A stretch of 51,002 nt of DNA from Anthoceros angustus (Eukaryota; Plantae; Anthocerotophyta). Of the stretch, positions 49,492 to 51,002 are shown piece by piece. The notes beneath the pieces are model-generated. The model ran no database searches. It saw only the letters and a list, made by a program, of their open reading frames with translations, and was not told the DNA's origin. The stretch spans positions 1-51,002 of the forward strand of contig VJWM01000340.1 in NCBI GenBank assembly GCA_010909165.1, read 5' to 3'. How positions within the stretch are numbered: position 1 is the stretch's first letter; each line of letters opens with the position of its first letter. The translations under genes and the position numbers were made by a program.

Positions 49492-49722
49492 ACAATTCTT
49501 TTGCCCGCAAAATTACTACCAGGTAACAGACAGCCATAGGCGTGGTTGGATGAATGCTTACGTATTAAGAGCATATTTGGGTTAACGGTTTGACTGCTCA
49601 CTTGCATCCAAATAATACTATCTCTTACACTATTTTTCAAAGTCAACTATGCTTTTCGTTTAAGACCCTGTAACCAAGATGAGAGAGTGAAGAGCACCAT
49701 CACGAAATCCCCAGTGATGTCA

Positions 49723-50088
49723 TCACGACTTACCGATAATTTTTACGATGCAGCATTCCCCAGTTGCGTAACTCAAAATAACTTTATCTAATGTCTTCGC
49801 ATGTGGAGTTAACTTGTACTCAATAGTTACGGGCACTGTATCATATACAACTCGCTTGATTAACTGATGCTCTTCAAGACTTTTAATTCTTTGGAAAGCA
49901 TTCGAGGAAAGTCTCGGAATCTGCCTTTCAATGTCCTTAAACTTTGATTGACCGGAAGAAATCGCGATGATGATTTGAAGTTTCCATTTTCCATTCAGTA
50001 CATCCAATGCATCACGGATTGCCATCAGCGACTTCAAACATTCAGAGTGATCAACACCTGCTTCAACTTCTAATTCCCGAACTGCCAT
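49723..50088 (-). CDS. HxlR-family winged-helix transcriptional regulator
   Basis: AIRDALDVLNGKWKLQII, KFKDIERQIP, LEEHQLIKRVVYDTVPVTIEYKLT. Confidence 0.92.
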   Translation of the reverse strand: MAVRELEVEAGVDHSECLKSLMAIRDALDVLNGKWKLQIIIAISSGQSKFKDIERQIPRLSSNAFQRIKSLEEHQLIKRVVYDTVPVTIEYKLTPHAKTLDKVILSYATGECCIVKIIGKS

Positions 50089-50111
50089 ATGCCTGTTTGT
50101 TAAAATAGGGT

Positions 50112-50149
50112 GCTATACTTTGGTATAGCGGTTACTAAATGTATAGTAA
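50112..50149. promoter_or_regulatory. Palindromic operator candidates upstream of the HxlR gene
   Basis: GCTATAC-TTTG-GTATAGC (50112-50129) followed by TTACT-N8-AGTAA. Confidence 0.5.
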
Positions 50150-50199
50150 ATATATGGTAGGTTTGAGGCGTAAAGAAAACTCGTATCATTAAAATTTTA

Positions 50200-50468
50200 T
50201 AGGATTAGGTAGAACTTGCTCAAAGCAAATATAGGTTTTGTTGCTGCTAAATATATTAGTATTTTAGTTCTAAATATATTAGTCATGTTTAAAGGCATAA
50301 ATGCAATCGCATTCAGTAAGAAATTCAAAACAATGAAGATTGCTACAATTACCTGATTGATTTGAAATGGGGCAAAGGGTTTCATTGTTCCCGATGCGGT
50401 TGTGTTGAGCATTATAAAGGCAGGACATATTATTATCGGCGCTGCCGTAGTTGTAATTACAGTGAAAG
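50200..50468 (+). mobile_element. Second IS1595 copy, truncated after 269 bp
   Basis: Appears identical by eye to 12283-12551 (constant offset 37917), including the left TIR. Identity stops abruptly at 50468. Confidence 0.95.
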
Positions 50469-51002
50469 TGTTGGTGCGGTACCAAGGTGCACGCCGGCAC
50501 TGCCACAGCCCGTGGCTGATGCCAAGGGTCCAACACATCGGAGAGCTTGAGAGTGGGGTCCCGAGTAGTGCGGGTGACCACCAACTCTAGCAAGGTTGAG
50601 GGGCCAGTTGGTCCAATAGTTTCGCAGCGATGAGCGAACCGCCAACTCGACAGCATCTATGAGCAAGGGCGTGCCCACATGCTTGGATGATGGCCATGTC
50701 TTGGCGAACTTGCGGTAGAGTGTCCAGTGCCGAGGTGTTCTCCAAGTAAGCGCAGCCAGGCTGAAGTGCTGAACATCCACCAAGATGCGGTGAAGGTCCC
50801 AAAACAAGGCGGTTCGTGGGTCTTGTAATCCTCCCCGTGCCGGGCTTGAGAAAATCCTTGGCATTCCCATCCCGCAATCACGAAGTGGATGGGGCCGAGC
50901 TGAATGTGGCGGGCGTTACCTGGATGTCTTGGGGCACAGAAAAGGTGCCCGAGATAGCATTGGCGGGAAGTAGTGAAGGGAATCGCCGCGGCTCAAGGCG
51001 GC
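50469..51002 (-). other. Foreign GC-rich segment encoding a fragment of a C5 cytosine DNA methyltransferase (DNMT3-like / retrotransposon-borne type)
   Basis: Stitched frames: QLGPIHFVIAGWECQGFSQAG.G.GLQDPRTALFWDLHRIL...YLENT...LLIDA......RNYWTNW, corresponding to C5-MTase motifs IV, V, VI and VIII. Confidence 0.75.

Larger units (their letters stand above)
47116..49561 (-). mobile_element. Complete IS66-family element
   Basis: TIRs GTAAGCATTCACCGAACTACGCC (47116) and rc GTAAGCATTCATCCAACCACGCC (ends 49561); 8-bp TSD GTATTAAG at 47108-47115 and 49562-49569. Confidence 0.96.
46789..49646 (-). pseudogene. Uncharacterised ORF split by IS66 (segments 49562-49646 and 46789-47115)
   Basis: Removing IS66 and one TSD copy rejoins ...NMLLIR|YFYYCPLVSEYLFLYLVNSYEGDLKT... 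in frame. Confidence 0.5.

Noticed and set aside
50362-50550. ORF fusing the IS1595 Zn ribbon to a novel C-terminus
   Set aside because: It is simply read-through across the 50468/50469 junction into foreign sequence.
1-51002. Pervasive frameshifts as mass pseudogenisation or programmed frameshifting
   Set aside because: Indels hit nearly every gene, including conserved ones, at similar density and often in homopolymers, while amino-acid motifs stay intact. This is typical of uncorrected long-read error.

Overview
51 kb of Bacteroidota DNA, probably Chitinophagales-like, judged from gene content and TAnnTTTG -7 promoter boxes. Nearly every gene is broken by 1-10 bp indels and a few by larger deletions. 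This looks like an unpolished long-read sequence, so gene boundaries are approximate and products were reconstructed by stitching reading frames. Layout: (1) 1-9 kb, mixed genes (MeaB GTPase, secreted Zn-metalloprotease, VOC protein, amidase, DUF1493, DUF4184, partial TolC) plus IS debris. (2) 9.1-12.2 kb and 25.6-41.9 kb, two halves of a surface-polysaccharide locus (acetyltransferases, many GT2/GT4, WecA-like, Wzm/Wzt, DegT-family aminotransferase, Wzy-, Wza- and Wzz-like genes). (3) 13.75-25.55 kb, a minus-strand cluster lying between those halves, with two non-SusC TonB-dependent receptors, three paralogous beta-helix-type lipoproteins, an S41 protease lipoprotein and a putative outer-membrane protein. 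Its three promoters each pair a -7 box with 11-bp-period direct repeats. (4) 41.9-43.9 kb, an esterase and a GH16. (5) 43.9-50.5 kb, an IS pile-up (two different IS21s, IS3, a complete IS66 with TSD, a truncated IS1595). (6) The last ~530 bp are compositionally foreign and encode part of a DNMT3-like C5 cytosine methyltransferase, most likely a chimeric join. No rRNA, tRNA or CRISPR array was recognised.
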